A program made the translations under genes and the position numbers. From the IMG/VR virus record IMGVR_UViG_3300025131_011243, positions 58,592 through 122,591 of that record: DNA of 64,000 nt, one strand, 5' to 3'. Of this stretch, positions 1-10,439 are shown one piece after another. The notes beneath the pieces were generated by a model, which saw nothing but the letters and a program-made list of their open reading frames with translations, was not told where the DNA came from and did not search any database. The DNA is from a virus. Every line of letters starts with the position of its first letter. The first letter of the stretch is position 1.

Positions 1-122
1 GCTACTTGGGCCTGTCCGAGACTGTCAAGCTGAGCCCAGTCACCCTCAGTAAAGTTGGGGTTCGTGGACGGATCAACGGGTACGCTGATCGGGATCACAT
101 GATGCAGTTCGATAAGAGCCAT
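1..122 (-). CDS. partial CDS (MALIELHHVIPISVPVDP...), possible head decoration/structural protein
   Basis: ATG at 122 with AAGGA RBS, open to the window edge, directly after the protease gene; function inferred from position only. Confidence 0.5.
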   Translation of the reverse strand, partial: MALIELHHVIPISVPVDPSTNPNFTEGDWAQLDSLGQAQV

Positions 123-140
123 AATTCTCTTTCCTTCGTT

Positions 141-3100
141 CTATTGGCGGTTATACGCCTGTTTCCATTGAGCGTCGTCGTCGGCTTGCGCCGCAGCCAC
201 ACGCTGTCCGAGCGTGAACAACTGCTGGAGTTGTGAGCTAAGCTCATTAGGCTTGGAAGCCTTATACAACTCGTCGCCAACTTCGCTACTAATTACAGGG
301 GCCTTACCTTCGATTCCCCTCGACGCCGTGTCGAATCCCTTTTGGCTTGCGAACAAAGACTTTTCATAGTCTTTGATCTGAGCAGGTTTGTAAGCCTGAA
401 GCTCTGCTACTTTTTGCTGAAGTTGTTCGGACTGGATAAGTCCAGCCTGAATCATTTTTCCAGCTACTCGATAAGCTTCATTCATACTTGCCTCGGATTC
501 CTGTGCATCGCTACTAGCGATGACGGTGCCTTTGTCTCTAGTTTGTTTCTCAGGGTCGATGTCATTTTCATCTTCATGCCCCAAGAGTTGGTTATCAGCC
601 GGAATTTCCGGATGATCTTCAGGAGAGTCAGGTTTATCGCCCATACTTTCCTGTTCATGTCCCATCATCGAAACATTACCTTCGCCCTTCACTCCTTCGA
701 GTGCTTCTTCGTCGCCGTCGCCTCTTGGCTTACGCTTCGAGCCTTCGGGGATACCGGCCAAGTCCTCATTTTTCTGGACTGGCTGAATATCTTCATCTTC
801 ATCAACGGGCTTAGGAGCTTCGAGTTTCTTATTTTGTGCCTCAAGGATTCTGTTTGCCAAAGCATTCATTCGATCCTTGGGGTTTCCAAATCCGTTCATT
901 GCGGCCAGTTCAGCTTCTTTCTGTAGATCTTCTTCGGATGCAGCCTGTGAAGTACCGGCTCCATCTTCGCCGCCTGTGTAGCGATCATCGCCGCCTGTGT
1001 ATCCCTGTTCCTCTTCATGTCCCATGGATGGGGAACCGACAGGAATTTCGGGCTGAGGCTTATCCTGAGGATTCAGGTCTGAAGGCTCTTGCCCGATAGT
1101 GGCGTTATCTCTTGGGACTTCAGGGTCGTTGGCCTTAGGAGGATCTTCATGCCCGATGGTTCCGGCATCTTCTCCGCCCGTATAAGGCTTAACTTCCTCT
1201 GAGTCTTGTACGTTTTCGTGTTGAATCTGAGTAACTTGAGCTTCTTTATTCTCGCCTTCGATTGCGGCGATGACATCTGAAAGATCCATATTAATCTTTC
1301 CTGTTTGTCCAAAATCTGATCGCATGTTCATGGCTTGAATAAACTCCTGTTCCTGTTCTTGTTCTTCTCCGAACAATCCCGTCTCTGCGGGACGTGCTTC
1401 TTCTTCCATCAAATCATCGTCGCCTTCTTTGAATTCATCGCCTACAGGAACTTCTGGGTTATCTTCTTCAATAACCTCATCTTCGATTCCTTCTTTTTCT
1501 CCAACAACGTCATCAATTACATCTTCAGCGGCATCTTCTACGACGCCATCTGGGTGATGATCTTCTGCTGCGATATCTTCAGGAGATTCGCCAAGAGCCT
1601 CATCGAGACCTCGGTCTACTTCTTCAGTTACGCCAGGTTCAGCCTTCTCAAGTTCTGTGATAAGGTCGATGACCTTTTGAGCAACACCTTCGCCTTCCAT
1701 CATTTCCACACCTTCGCCGCCGACTTCGTCGCCGCCGAATGGATCAACTTCATCATCCAGATCATCGATTCCGCCAACTTCGACTGGGATATCTTCAACT
1801 TCGTCAGTTTCCATCAATCCTGCGAGGTCATCGGCAAATTTATGAACTGGAGAAGCAAGAGCTTCCTTGAGGGAACCGCAACGAGAAACTGCTTCTCTGA
1901 TTGCGTAACCGCTGCGAACCTGATGCTCGACGCACTCTTCGTCGCCGTCTCGTTTGTCCTGCCAGATGCTGGCAAGCTTGACGGCCAATCCATCGGTATA
2001 AACGTCTGCGTTCTTCAACGAACTGCAAACGCAATCGTAAATTGGCTTACCTTCGCAAGGACCACTGAGGGCCAATGCATTTTCGCCAAAACGACGAGCT
2101 AGTTTTTCTCGGCAACTTTCGATTGGAAAAGTACCGGATACTGAGAATGCCTTCTTGTAATCGTCAACAACTGTACCAACCTTACTCGCCAGCTTGTTAA
2201 GGCCGGAGTTCTTGTCGGCTTTAACCTTCATGATGAGATCCGTCTTTTCACGGATGCTCATCTTATCGAAGTCAGCTTCAGCAACATTAAGGGCTTCTAG
2301 ACCCTTGAGCAGTTCTTTGCGTGCTCTGCTGCAAGACGGGCATTCATCGCCAGCGATCTTAGGAACCCAACGCCATTCGGCGTAGGCATTCTTAGGATTC
2401 TTGGCATCAACGGCATACTGAACCATATACTTGGTTCCGGTATCCATGCACATTCTCAAGCCATTTTCAAGCTTAATGGTGTTATTCTTACCTGTGGCAG
2501 GGCTAACGCTGCCAAGTTCGATTTCGCCTTCGGCCAATTTCTGAAGAGCTTCAGGAGTCAGACGAGTTGAGGCAGCGACCGGGATCTGAGGACCTTCGCC
2601 CTCTTCCGGAACCTCAAAGCCTTCGCCTTCGAATCCTTCAGCTTCTTCGGCACCCTTTTCATCAGAGGTAGTACCAGACCATTCCCAAACCTCGACATCG
2701 ATCTTGATCGTACCCTTCGAACCGCAGTTATTGCATTCGAACTTGCCGCTGATAACATCAACGTCTTCCGAACCGCAAACCGGGCAGATGGATCCAGGAG
2801 GCAGTGGGCTAAGGTCGCCTTCAAGACCTTCTTCGCCGCCCAATTCATCCGGAGTAGTGCTCAGGCTTTCGACAGGAGCAGCACCGGCATCAGGAGGCTG
2901 AGGTAGGGAAGCGCCAGCACCAGGTGCTTGTGCGGCTCCGCCTTGTCCACCCATTTCGCCGCCGAACATTTGAGCTTCTTTAGTTCGTTCTGCTCTTGCG
3001 GCGGTCTTGGTTTCGGCGTCGTCAGAAGCTACGGGCATTGCCCCACCGGCTCCGCCTCCGCCAGCGACTCCCGCACCCATCATGGGCTTGGGTTCGCCAA

Positions 3101-6100
3101 GAACATCATCAACAACATCATCGGCAGCGTCTTCGTCGCCAAGGTCGATGTCAGAGCAAGGGCCTTCGTCTTCGCCCATGAATTCAGGACCATCAACACC
3201 ATCGATAGCGAGCGAGCCTGCGGCTCCTTCGGGATCGATTTCGATAGTAATAACCTGAGCTTTCTTGTTACCAAGCTGAGCTTGTGCGAACTTGTTGCAT
3301 GCTTCGATGAACGGAGCCTTGTCGGCAGGATCAGCACCTACTTCTTTGATCGATGCGTAGATGCGAAATCGACCGTCAAGACCTGAGATAGCGTCGTCCA
3401 ACGCAGAAAACTTGTCAGTGATCGGTTCATCTTCATGAACTTCGCTGAGCTTAGTTTTGACAATTGTGTCAACTTCTTTCATGGCTTCCTTGGAACGAAG
3501 AACATGTGATACTGATTCGTAAACGTCTTCGACCTTAAGGCCATGCTGAGCGTTGTCGGCAACGGCGAAGATCATGGCATCGAGACTATCTGGAGTTTCG
3601 ACGCTCTTTGTAGCCATCTTACGGAAGTAAGAAACATTATTGGCTACGGCAATGCGGTCTTCGCCCTTATGAGGAAGTGCGTTAATCAAGGTTAAGTAAG
3701 CGGCCTTTTCTCGCATATCGTCGTTGTCCTGAATCTTGGAAGCGACTCTGGTCAACTCTGCGGGAGTTCGGTTGTACTTAGCGATTGCATCGGAGATAGC
3801 TCCGACAGCGACCTTAACAACGGCTTGAGCATATTCTCTTGAAGCCCAACGCTTGATGCCGTAATCCTGATTACGCAATTGATCTTCGGTAATCGTTTCA
3901 TAGGTTCCGACAAAGCGGTGGCTACTGAGCAGATCTTTAAGCTGAGCTTCGGTAATCCACTCTTCTTGATCTGTAGAAAGTTTAGAAGCAACGGCACGAG
4001 AAAAATCGTTCCATTGCTTTTCAGTGATGACATCTTGCATATCTTTCCAGCGAACAATGTAGCCTTCAGAGACTACGTCAAGCTGGTCTTCGGTAATCGT
4101 TTCATACGTACCTCGACGAGTTTGTGGACTTTCGCTGGTTGTGTCATTGACGGGTTCGTTATCTAGACCGAGTTGTTGATCACTCTCGGTAATACCTTCA
4201 TAGGTATCGCCTGTTCTTGGGTGAAGGTCTAGGTCATTGGCATCTCGTATTTGTTTTTCAGTAATAACTTCGCCTTGCGAAGCGTCGTCATCTGACGGAT
4301 TGCCAATAGATGCTGTTTTTTCCTGATCAGACATTGTTTCTGACTCCTTGGAATTCCTATTTTCTAATACTGTTTGGGCTGCCTTTTCGACATCCTGCCC
4401 AAACAGGCTTTGGATGTCCTCTGATAATTCAGAAAGGTGAGAGACCTTAAGGACCTCCTCACCTTTAGCTTCTGTTACATATGATCCGTCGAAGGTAACG
4501 GAATACCCGTTATCTCCAGAAACTGTTGTTGTTGACATATTCTTGTCTCTTAAGTTAGAAACAGTGTTACGGACCTCTTCGATCCTTCTTGTGACTTTCG
4601 ATGCTGCTTTTATAAATTCCTTCTTTGAATTCAGTAATTCGTTTGACAATTTCGGTTTAGTGATCGTACCGACCCCACCCAAGTCGCCCGTTTCTGACCC
4701 TGGCATAGATGTTGCCACAGGCTCAGGAGGTGCTTGCGGAGGTGCTTCAGGACCCGCTGGATCTATTAAAGCAGGACCTTCGGATTCGCTAACTACATCT
4801 GGAGAAGGTAGTTGTGAATAACCCATTTCGTTTAATTCGTCTACAAGATCTTGAACTTTCTCCATAGCTTCAACCAGGTCAGACACATACGCCATCGAGA
4901 TATGTTCTTTTTGAGACAACATAGAGCGAGTAACTTCTTCCATATTGGTCATTGCATTTTTTAATGCTTCAAGTTCATTAACTCCGGCCTCTTTTTCCAT
5001 AAGTTCAGAGTTTACTTTGACAAAACCCTCATCATTAACATTGGATGCCATCTTGACTACTTGAGCACTAAGTTCGGCAACCTTCTGCTGTACCGAAGGT
5101 TTATGAAGGATGCAATCAACCAAGCAATCATGACAAGCTGGATTAACAACGAACGAATCCTCAATGAACTTGAGTCCGAAGTTATGCTCAAATGCTTGTT
5201 GAGCCTGGTGAACCAGAGTTTTCTTATCGCCCTTTTCTGTTCCGCAAAGAGGGCAACTATCAGTTGGCTTATTGTTACTCTGGTGATATTCGCACTTGTA
5301 GTTACCGCTGAGTTTACGATTCTTCTTCTCTCGAATATGCGAGCAATAGTCTTCTGCTGTATGAGCATGGTTGTGGCATACTGAGCAGCAGCTATAATCC
5401 ACTGCGCAGTTGTGTACAGCAACTCCCTCAACGATAAACGAATTGTCCTCGGCCACTTCTAGGTTAAAAACTGGCTGATCATTGGCTATGGTTTCTATTG
5501 CTTTTACAGGCATCACCATAAAGTTATCAGCATGCCTAAACCATGACTGCCTATAATTGCCCTCCACCACTTTTTGGTCACATGTATATCCATTGAGCTT
5601 TTGAGACTCATTAGAACCTATGGATATGTGATATGATGTTCTGCGATTACTCGTTTCTTTTACATAAAGCGATGAATATATACCCAGTCTGGCAAGAACG
5701 AACCTTAATTGATGAGCCAGTTTTTCAGAACATGTCGATGCTGACAAATTGTCATATTGTTTCCCGATTCTCCAGTGGGTTATTCTCCTGCGGCACCCAT
5801 CTCCTGCAAAATATGCTCCCAACAAATGAGCTTGAACCTCTTTATCCCAATACAGAATAGAACCAGACAGTTCCTTGCCATAAGAATATTCTCCACAATT
5901 CATCATAAACCAAGCAGCAACATCTTTATCATGGAATTTGACTGTTATCGTATTTTTATTTGGTCTTTCGTAAATCTTGGCCGATTTTCCGGTATTAGAG
6001 AATTCCTCGTCCAGAAGATTCGATACTTCCTGTGCTAATGTTTTTTCTTCCAATCCGAATGTAAGTTCTACACCAGTCTTAGACCCTTTGTATTTAACAT

Positions 6101-7061
6101 AACTACCTTCGGCCAAGAAATACCCAATAAGGCGAGACTTGTTTACAGAAGCGTGTCGATGAGGAACAACCCTATTCGATACTGGAAAGCACAGCATATC
6201 GTCAGAAGTAAGATCTTCAGCCTTTTTCCACTCGAACTCAAAATCTGATTCTTTTTCTACTAATGCTGTAGCATATGATTCGGTCTGATACGCCCCACCT
6301 TTTTGACGTTTTTGAAATCTACCATACCCCTTAGGAACCTGAATGGGATCTTCAGTTACCCAGCATTTATCTTGTGTTTTTAAGGTCAAAAATGGATGTT
6401 CTTTTGTAACCTTGATATCAACAGGGTTGTTTTCGACACTTACTTTAAGTATGTCTTCATTCTCTTTGTCTAAGTGCCGTTGAACATTGATTACTTCTCG
6501 TATCTCTCCAGTATGGGAAATAACGAAATCACCAGCTTGCATTTCCGATATGGGGCGATAAGTTCCATCATTCATCAATACTCTCATATCGGGAGTAAAG
6601 CAGCCCATCGAAGAGCCATTGATATAGCCTTCTTCGATACCTCTGGCTAAGCGTGGATAGGCCAATTTGTCTATGCGGGATATAATGAAGATGCCATCTT
6701 TTTCAGTGTCATACCAAGCGTGAACGCATTCTCCCTTGGCTTTTTCGATGTCGTCATTCTGATGATTTGTGAACATCGGAACGCCGATAAATGTTTGATA
6801 AGACTTCTTCAATTCGGCAGTTGAAAAGAAGTCTCCATTATCATTGATTTCATTCGCCTTGATCGCAAAGATCTTGACGAACAGGTGATCTGGATGTTTT
6901 GCGATTGCCTCTTTAAGAGAGAACCCGCCCAGTTCTTGGTCCTTCTGGACGGAGGCAAACTTAACATTACTCATGTTGAAGATTTCCCAGCCTTCGGGTT
7001 TATTGAGAGCTTGGATATCTACTTTGGTATTTTCAGTTGTCGCCGTTTTATAAAAGGCCAT
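141..7061 (-). CDS. giant prohead protease/scaffold-like protein (2306 aa) with intein
   Basis: N-terminal NDNGDFF...MFTNH...GSSMG|C resembles phage capsid-maturation proteases; Cys/His-rich segment after the intein; long acidic C-terminal part; lies downstream of portal. Confidence 0.7.
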   Translation of the reverse strand: MAFYKTATTENTKVDIQALNKPEGWEIFNMSNVKFASVQKDQELGGFSLKEAIAKHPDHLFVKIFAIKANEINDNGDFFSTAELKKSYQTFIGVPMFTNHQNDDIEKAKGECVHAWYDTEKDGIFIISRIDKLAYPRLARGIEEGYINGSSMGCFTPDMRVLMNDGTYRPISEMQAGDFVISHTGEIREVINVQRHLDKENEDILKVSVENNPVDIKVTKEHPFLTLKTQDKCWVTEDPIQVPKGYGRFQKRQKGGAYQTESYATALVEKESDFEFEWKKAEDLTSDDMLCFPVSNRVVPHRHASVNKSRLIGYFLAEGSYVKYKGSKTGVELTFGLEEKTLAQEVSNLLDEEFSNTGKSAKIYERPNKNTITVKFHDKDVAAWFMMNCGEYSYGKELSGSILYWDKEVQAHLLGAYFAGDGCRRRITHWRIGKQYDNLSASTCSEKLAHQLRFVLARLGIYSSLYVKETSNRRTSYHISIGSNESQKLNGYTCDQKVVEGNYRQSWFRHADNFMVMPVKAIETIANDQPVFNLEVAEDNSFIVEGVAVHNCAVDYSCCSVCHNHAHTAEDYCSHIREKKNRKLSGNYKCEYHQSNNKPTDSCPLCGTEKGDKKTLVHQAQQAFEHNFGLKFIEDSFVVNPACHDCLVDCILHKPSVQQKVAELSAQVVKMASNVNDEGFVKVNSELMEKEAGVNELEALKNAMTNMEEVTRSMLSQKEHISMAYVSDLVEAMEKVQDLVDELNEMGYSQLPSPDVVSESEGPALIDPAGPEAPPQAPPEPVATSMPGSETGDLGGVGTITKPKLSNELLNSKKEFIKAASKVTRRIEEVRNTVSNLRDKNMSTTTVSGDNGYSVTFDGSYVTEAKGEEVLKVSHLSELSEDIQSLFGQDVEKAAQTVLENRNSKESETMSDQEKTASIGNPSDDDASQGEVITEKQIRDANDLDLHPRTGDTYEGITESDQQLGLDNEPVNDTTSESPQTRRGTYETITEDQLDVVSEGYIVRWKDMQDVITEKQWNDFSRAVASKLSTDQEEWITEAQLKDLLSSHRFVGTYETITEDQLRNQDYGIKRWASREYAQAVVKVAVGAISDAIAKYNRTPAELTRVASKIQDNDDMREKAAYLTLINALPHKGEDRIAVANNVSYFRKMATKSVETPDSLDAMIFAVADNAQHGLKVEDVYESVSHVLRSKEAMKEVDTIVKTKLSEVHEDEPITDKFSALDDAISGLDGRFRIYASIKEVGADPADKAPFIEACNKFAQAQLGNKKAQVITIEIDPEGAAGSLAIDGVDGPEFMGEDEGPCSDIDLGDEDAADDVVDDVLGEPKPMMGAGVAGGGGAGGAMPVASDDAETKTAARAERTKEAQMFGGEMGGQGGAAQAPGAGASLPQPPDAGAAPVESLSTTPDELGGEEGLEGDLSPLPPGSICPVCGSEDVDVISGKFECNNCGSKGTIKIDVEVWEWSGTTSDEKGAEEAEGFEGEGFEVPEEGEGPQIPVAASTRLTPEALQKLAEGEIELGSVSPATGKNNTIKLENGLRMCMDTGTKYMVQYAVDAKNPKNAYAEWRWVPKIAGDECPSCSRARKELLKGLEALNVAEADFDKMSIREKTDLIMKVKADKNSGLNKLASKVGTVVDDYKKAFSVSGTFPIESCREKLARRFGENALALSGPCEGKPIYDCVCSSLKNADVYTDGLAVKLASIWQDKRDGDEECVEHQVRSGYAIREAVSRCGSLKEALASPVHKFADDLAGLMETDEVEDIPVEVGGIDDLDDEVDPFGGDEVGGEGVEMMEGEGVAQKVIDLITELEKAEPGVTEEVDRGLDEALGESPEDIAAEDHHPDGVVEDAAEDVIDDVVGEKEGIEDEVIEEDNPEVPVGDEFKEGDDDLMEEEARPAETGLFGEEQEQEQEFIQAMNMRSDFGQTGKINMDLSDVIAAIEGENKEAQVTQIQHENVQDSEEVKPYTGGEDAGTIGHEDPPKANDPEVPRDNATIGQEPSDLNPQDKPQPEIPVGSPSMGHEEEQGYTGGDDRYTGGEDGAGTSQAASEEDLQKEAELAAMNGFGNPKDRMNALANRILEAQNKKLEAPKPVDEDEDIQPVQKNEDLAGIPEGSKRKPRGDGDEEALEGVKGEGNVSMMGHEQESMGDKPDSPEDHPEIPADNQLLGHEDENDIDPEKQTRDKGTVIASSDAQESEASMNEAYRVAGKMIQAGLIQSEQLQQKVAELQAYKPAQIKDYEKSLFASQKGFDTASRGIEGKAPVISSEVGDELYKASKPNELSSQLQQLFTLGQRVAAAQADDDAQWKQAYNRQ
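5409..6602 (-). mobile_element. intein with LAGLIDADG homing endonuclease (~398 aa) in protease gene
   Basis: starts CFTPDMRVLM, ends FIVEGVAVHN followed by Cys; LAGLIDADG-like blocks LIGYFLAEG and LLGAYFAGDG. Confidence 0.93.
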
Positions 7062-7149
7062 ATGGTTTTCCTATTCCATGCGGTACGGATACATACTCTC
7101 CTAGAAGAATGTTCAACAATGCTTTTCAATTATCCTGCAAAGAGTTACA

Positions 7150-7566
7150 TCAACCACGAACGTGGCGAGGGATTTCAACGTTTTCTAAATCTGTGACTGA
7201 AAAATTGGGCTGCCCCTTGGGGAACGGGATGGCCCATTTAGTGGAAGCATGAGACAATGCCGCCGTCAACGTGCTGAAATATTCTCCATAGGGAGCGTAA
7301 ATTTCAACCTTCTTATCTTTAGGATACCGCTTAATACCAGCGAAAAATCTCTTTTTCAACTCTTTCGTACGAGCAGGGCCAACAACCACAAAATAATCAC
7401 CATCAGAAGTATAATCATGACCTTCCCAACGGCGATAAGCCCCTGGCAACTGCTTGTCAAAACGGTTCTTCAACTTGACTGAACGTTCGTGATAATACTC
7501 TTTCCAGTTAATACCACGGTCTTTAATGCGTCGAGGACCGGCCTGTTTAGACAAGTTGAAAACCAT
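7150..7566 (-). CDS. hypothetical phage protein
   Basis: 138-aa ORF in operon, N-terminal FNLSKQA motif. Confidence 0.75.
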   Translation of the reverse strand: MVFNLSKQAGPRRIKDRGINWKEYYHERSVKLKNRFDKQLPGAYRRWEGHDYTSDGDYFVVVGPARTKELKKRFFAGIKRYPKDKKVEIYAPYGEYFSTLTAALSHASTKWAIPFPKGQPNFSVTDLENVEIPRHVRG

Positions 7567-7574
7567 ATCAGTTC

Positions 7575-9848
7575 CTATTCAGTATCAAAAAATACAACTT
7601 CGCCTAAACCATCTGGCATAGGCAGATAAGTAATGTTCAATCTATTCATGTCAATTTCCTCGAAAAAGTCTTCCGTCGATGAAACCTTGATGAACGGATT
7701 GTCAGATTCTGCCGCCTTGCGATATCTTTGCTTATGCTCTTCAGCCGCTTCGACGACATTCTCATAGACAATGTCCTGAATCATGTTTGCCTTATCCGTA
7801 ATTGCATCTTCTCTGAACCTTAAGATACGCCATCCTGCCCCAGCTAACTTGTTGTCCCTCTCATCATCTCTTTGCTTCATCTCTGCATTCTCATGCCACA
7901 TCTGTCCGTCAGCTTCAACACCAACGCCAACTTGAGGATAAGCAAAGTCAATAAGGAATGGCTGCTGTTCTCCCGGAAGAGCTACCTTGTATTGGGCAAA
8001 CAACCCGTAAGGTATGGGTGAAGACTGAAGCATCTTCATCATCTTTCGTTCCAATGATGTTAACTTAACAAGCTGAACTTGCGGAGACTGTTGCTCGTCT
8101 CCGGGCGCAGTACCTTTGCCTCTCTTGGAGATAAACGGAGGCTGACCACCAGCGGCTGCTCCCATGCCTCCGCCCATTCCTCCACCTGGGGCTCCGCCCA
8201 TGCCCATGTCGCCACCGGGGGCTCCGCCCATGCCCCCCATACCCATGTCTCCGCCCATGGCTCCCATATCTCCCGGAGGAGGGCCTCCGAAGCCGCTCAT
8301 GCCTCCCATGCCTCCGCCCATGCCCATATCGCCCATACCACCTTGGCCCATAAGCCCGGCAGCACCTTGAACGACTTGTTCTTCTCTTATTCGCTGAATT
8401 TCTGTGTCGTAATCAAGATTCATTTCCTCAAGAATAGACTGAGCACTAACCATGCCCTTGTCATATCCCTGCATCATGATCTGAACCTTGTTGCTGTTGT
8501 CTCGAAGGTTGAGGTCATTCCATTTGATGGTTGGATACAGGAAGACGGGTCTTCCCATCATGTTGGATTCTTCTTCATCAATGAAACCTTGCATCATAGC
8601 AATAGGCAAAAACAGATGTTTATGTACCCATTCCGCCAATTGATCTCGCCATGAATCCAAACGACTGATCAAGATTTCAACACCAACTGCTGCACTATTG
8701 TATCCAGGTGCTTCGCCGTTCAGAATTGCTTGGTTAAGCATCAAACCGTCGAGTATCTCTTTGCCGATTTGTTCCAGTTCAGTCGTGATGTTATGAATCT
8801 TGCCCGTTGCTCCGTACCATTCATAATCAAATGCATGGTGAGTAACAAGCGTTAAGTTCGGATCATTAGCAATCGTTGCCAATTGGTTCTGGATGTCAGC
8901 AATATCATCATCGGTTGCTGGACGATCTTTTTCACCAACCTTAACGACACGAATAGGCAGGATCATTCTTTCAGCCACGATCCAATTCGCCGTCATTAGT
9001 TTTGTTTTATAGGCAAGAATCGTAAACAAACGACGAAGAATAGAAGTTCCAAACGTACCATATGGACTTGCGTTAAGTCTTATATGACTAACGCTACGAT
9101 TAGACAATTGGATCGGATGACCCATCTGAATCAAGTCAATGATATGAGGTGGAATCTTTTCGAAAACTTCGGCTGGCCAACGTCTACTAATAACTGACTT
9201 CAGTTCTTCGTCGGGAACCAAACTGATTGTCGGATCGTTGCCAAGAACTGCGCCTTGAGCATCGATGTAATCAGGGTTGAGAATTACGACTCGATTGAAT
9301 GTGCCATCTGGATGGTTGCATTGGTCGTTAGTATCAGTATCGATGCCGCCGCCATGACATTTTGGACATGTGATTTCCAAGAATGGAAATACATCTCCAA
9401 GCAAAAAGTATTCATGAGCGATGTATCTAAGAATCTGCGACAGGTTAATGTCTTTGACGAATTGTTCGTAATATTTGAGGATGCGTCGGTTTTTACATTC
9501 AAGAGTGAACCCATTGAGTGGGAACTGGGCGTAGAAATCTACGCCTGCTGCAACTTTTGGTTCGTTCTCATAATAAAACCTTGCCCATTGATAAATTTCA
9601 CGACGCTTGGATGCAATTTGCCAGTTCTGGGGAGTATGCAGCGGCGAGAAAAACATTGGCTGCGTCATGATGACGTTCGACCCTGCTCCTAAAAGCTGAG
9701 CCGTCTTACTGAATGTATGTGAAATGGCGGTACTTTTGCCGAAAGAGCTACCGCTACCATCTGAGGAAGGAACGATACCTCCAGAGGCTATAGCCTTCAA
9801 ACGTCGGATCTGTTCCGACCCATCTCCACTTGTGAAGCGCAATACCAT
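7575..9848 (-). CDS. portal-like protein with Gly/Met-rich linker and C-terminal DUF559/Vsr-like endonuclease domain
   Basis: portal-like segments (EPKVAAGVDFYAQFP, PYGTFGTSIL, IKWNDLNLRD); C-terminal IDFAYP..GVEADGQMWH..RDDERD..L..AGWRILRF is PD-(D/E)xK DUF559-like; position between terL and protease. Confidence 0.75.
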   Translation of the reverse strand: MVLRFTSGDGSEQIRRLKAIASGGIVPSSDGSGSSFGKSTAISHTFSKTAQLLGAGSNVIMTQPMFFSPLHTPQNWQIASKRREIYQWARFYYENEPKVAAGVDFYAQFPLNGFTLECKNRRILKYYEQFVKDINLSQILRYIAHEYFLLGDVFPFLEITCPKCHGGGIDTDTNDQCNHPDGTFNRVVILNPDYIDAQGAVLGNDPTISLVPDEELKSVISRRWPAEVFEKIPPHIIDLIQMGHPIQLSNRSVSHIRLNASPYGTFGTSILRRLFTILAYKTKLMTANWIVAERMILPIRVVKVGEKDRPATDDDIADIQNQLATIANDPNLTLVTHHAFDYEWYGATGKIHNITTELEQIGKEILDGLMLNQAILNGEAPGYNSAAVGVEILISRLDSWRDQLAEWVHKHLFLPIAMMQGFIDEEESNMMGRPVFLYPTIKWNDLNLRDNSNKVQIMMQGYDKGMVSAQSILEEMNLDYDTEIQRIREEQVVQGAAGLMGQGGMGDMGMGGGMGGMSGFGGPPPGDMGAMGGDMGMGGMGGAPGGDMGMGGAPGGGMGGGMGAAAGGQPPFISKRGKGTAPGDEQQSPQVQLVKLTSLERKMMKMLQSSPIPYGLFAQYKVALPGEQQPFLIDFAYPQVGVGVEADGQMWHENAEMKQRDDERDNKLAGAGWRILRFREDAITDKANMIQDIVYENVVEAAEEHKQRYRKAAESDNPFIKVSSTEDFFEEIDMNRLNITYLPMPDGLGEVVFFDTE
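8150..8360 (-). repeat. low-complexity GGM/GGAP coding repeat in portal gene
   Basis: repeated ccgcccat/gcccat units encoding MGG; local GC spike. Confidence 0.8.
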
Positions 9849-9866
9849 AAGTCAATCAATCTCCTA

Positions 9867-10439
9867 TTAACCATCAATGGCAAGTGCTTCGGCTGCATCT
9901 TTGGTTTCATCGTCTTGACGCCCACCATGAATGGGATCCCATGTCCTATCTATATCTCGACTTATTTGGGTATCTTCCCTTGATTGGGGGCGTGCGTTTT
10001 TCAAATCCTGTTCTTCACTTTCAACTTCAGGATTCACTTTAGGAATTGCATCCAACTGATCTTCAGCCAATGGATTCTTCTTTTTCCTCTTTGCTTCAAT
10101 AAACCGTTTAGTTTTGGCGTCATACAATTCGCCAGAAGCAGCGACGGGAGCGTTTTTGCGTACAAACAGATCCTTAGGCACATAGCGATTCGTCGCCTGA
10201 CCTGGAGCATTCGGTTGATTGGGATGTATCTTGCCTGGTTCTAGCGTCTCATCTCCCCTGATAGGCATGCCACACTGACATACTGATCCGGGGTTTTTGT
10301 CGTCTAGATTAGAACCGCAATGAGGACATGTGCGAACAGCGGAAGAAATATCTTCGCCTCCGAAGAGGTCTTTTTTAGGACGCCCACCGATAGCGTTGTC
10401 TTCTCCGCCTTGATTAAGGTAAGCTTCTTTTAGCTTACT
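9867..10439 (-). CDS. probable -1 frameshift extension of 10430..11770 (zinc-ribbon CPHC..CQC); ORF track calls only 9867..10268
   Basis: frame stays open from the A10 run at 10439-10448 to the stop at 9867, with no start codon before 10268. Confidence 0.6.
   Translation of the reverse strand, partial: SKLKEAYLNQGGEDNAIGGRPKKDLFGGEDISSAVRTCPHCGSNLDDKNPGSVCQCGMPIRGDETLEPGKIHPNQPNAPGQATNRYVPKDLFVRKNAPVAASGELYDAKTKRFIEAKRKKKNPLAEDQLDAIPKVNPEVESEEQDLKNARPQSREDTQISRDIDRTWDPIHGGRQDDETKDAAEALAIDG

Noticed and set aside
342-5384. Many plus-strand ORFs opposite the 2306-aa gene
   Set aside because: Phe/Ser-rich shadows of an acidic protein; no motifs
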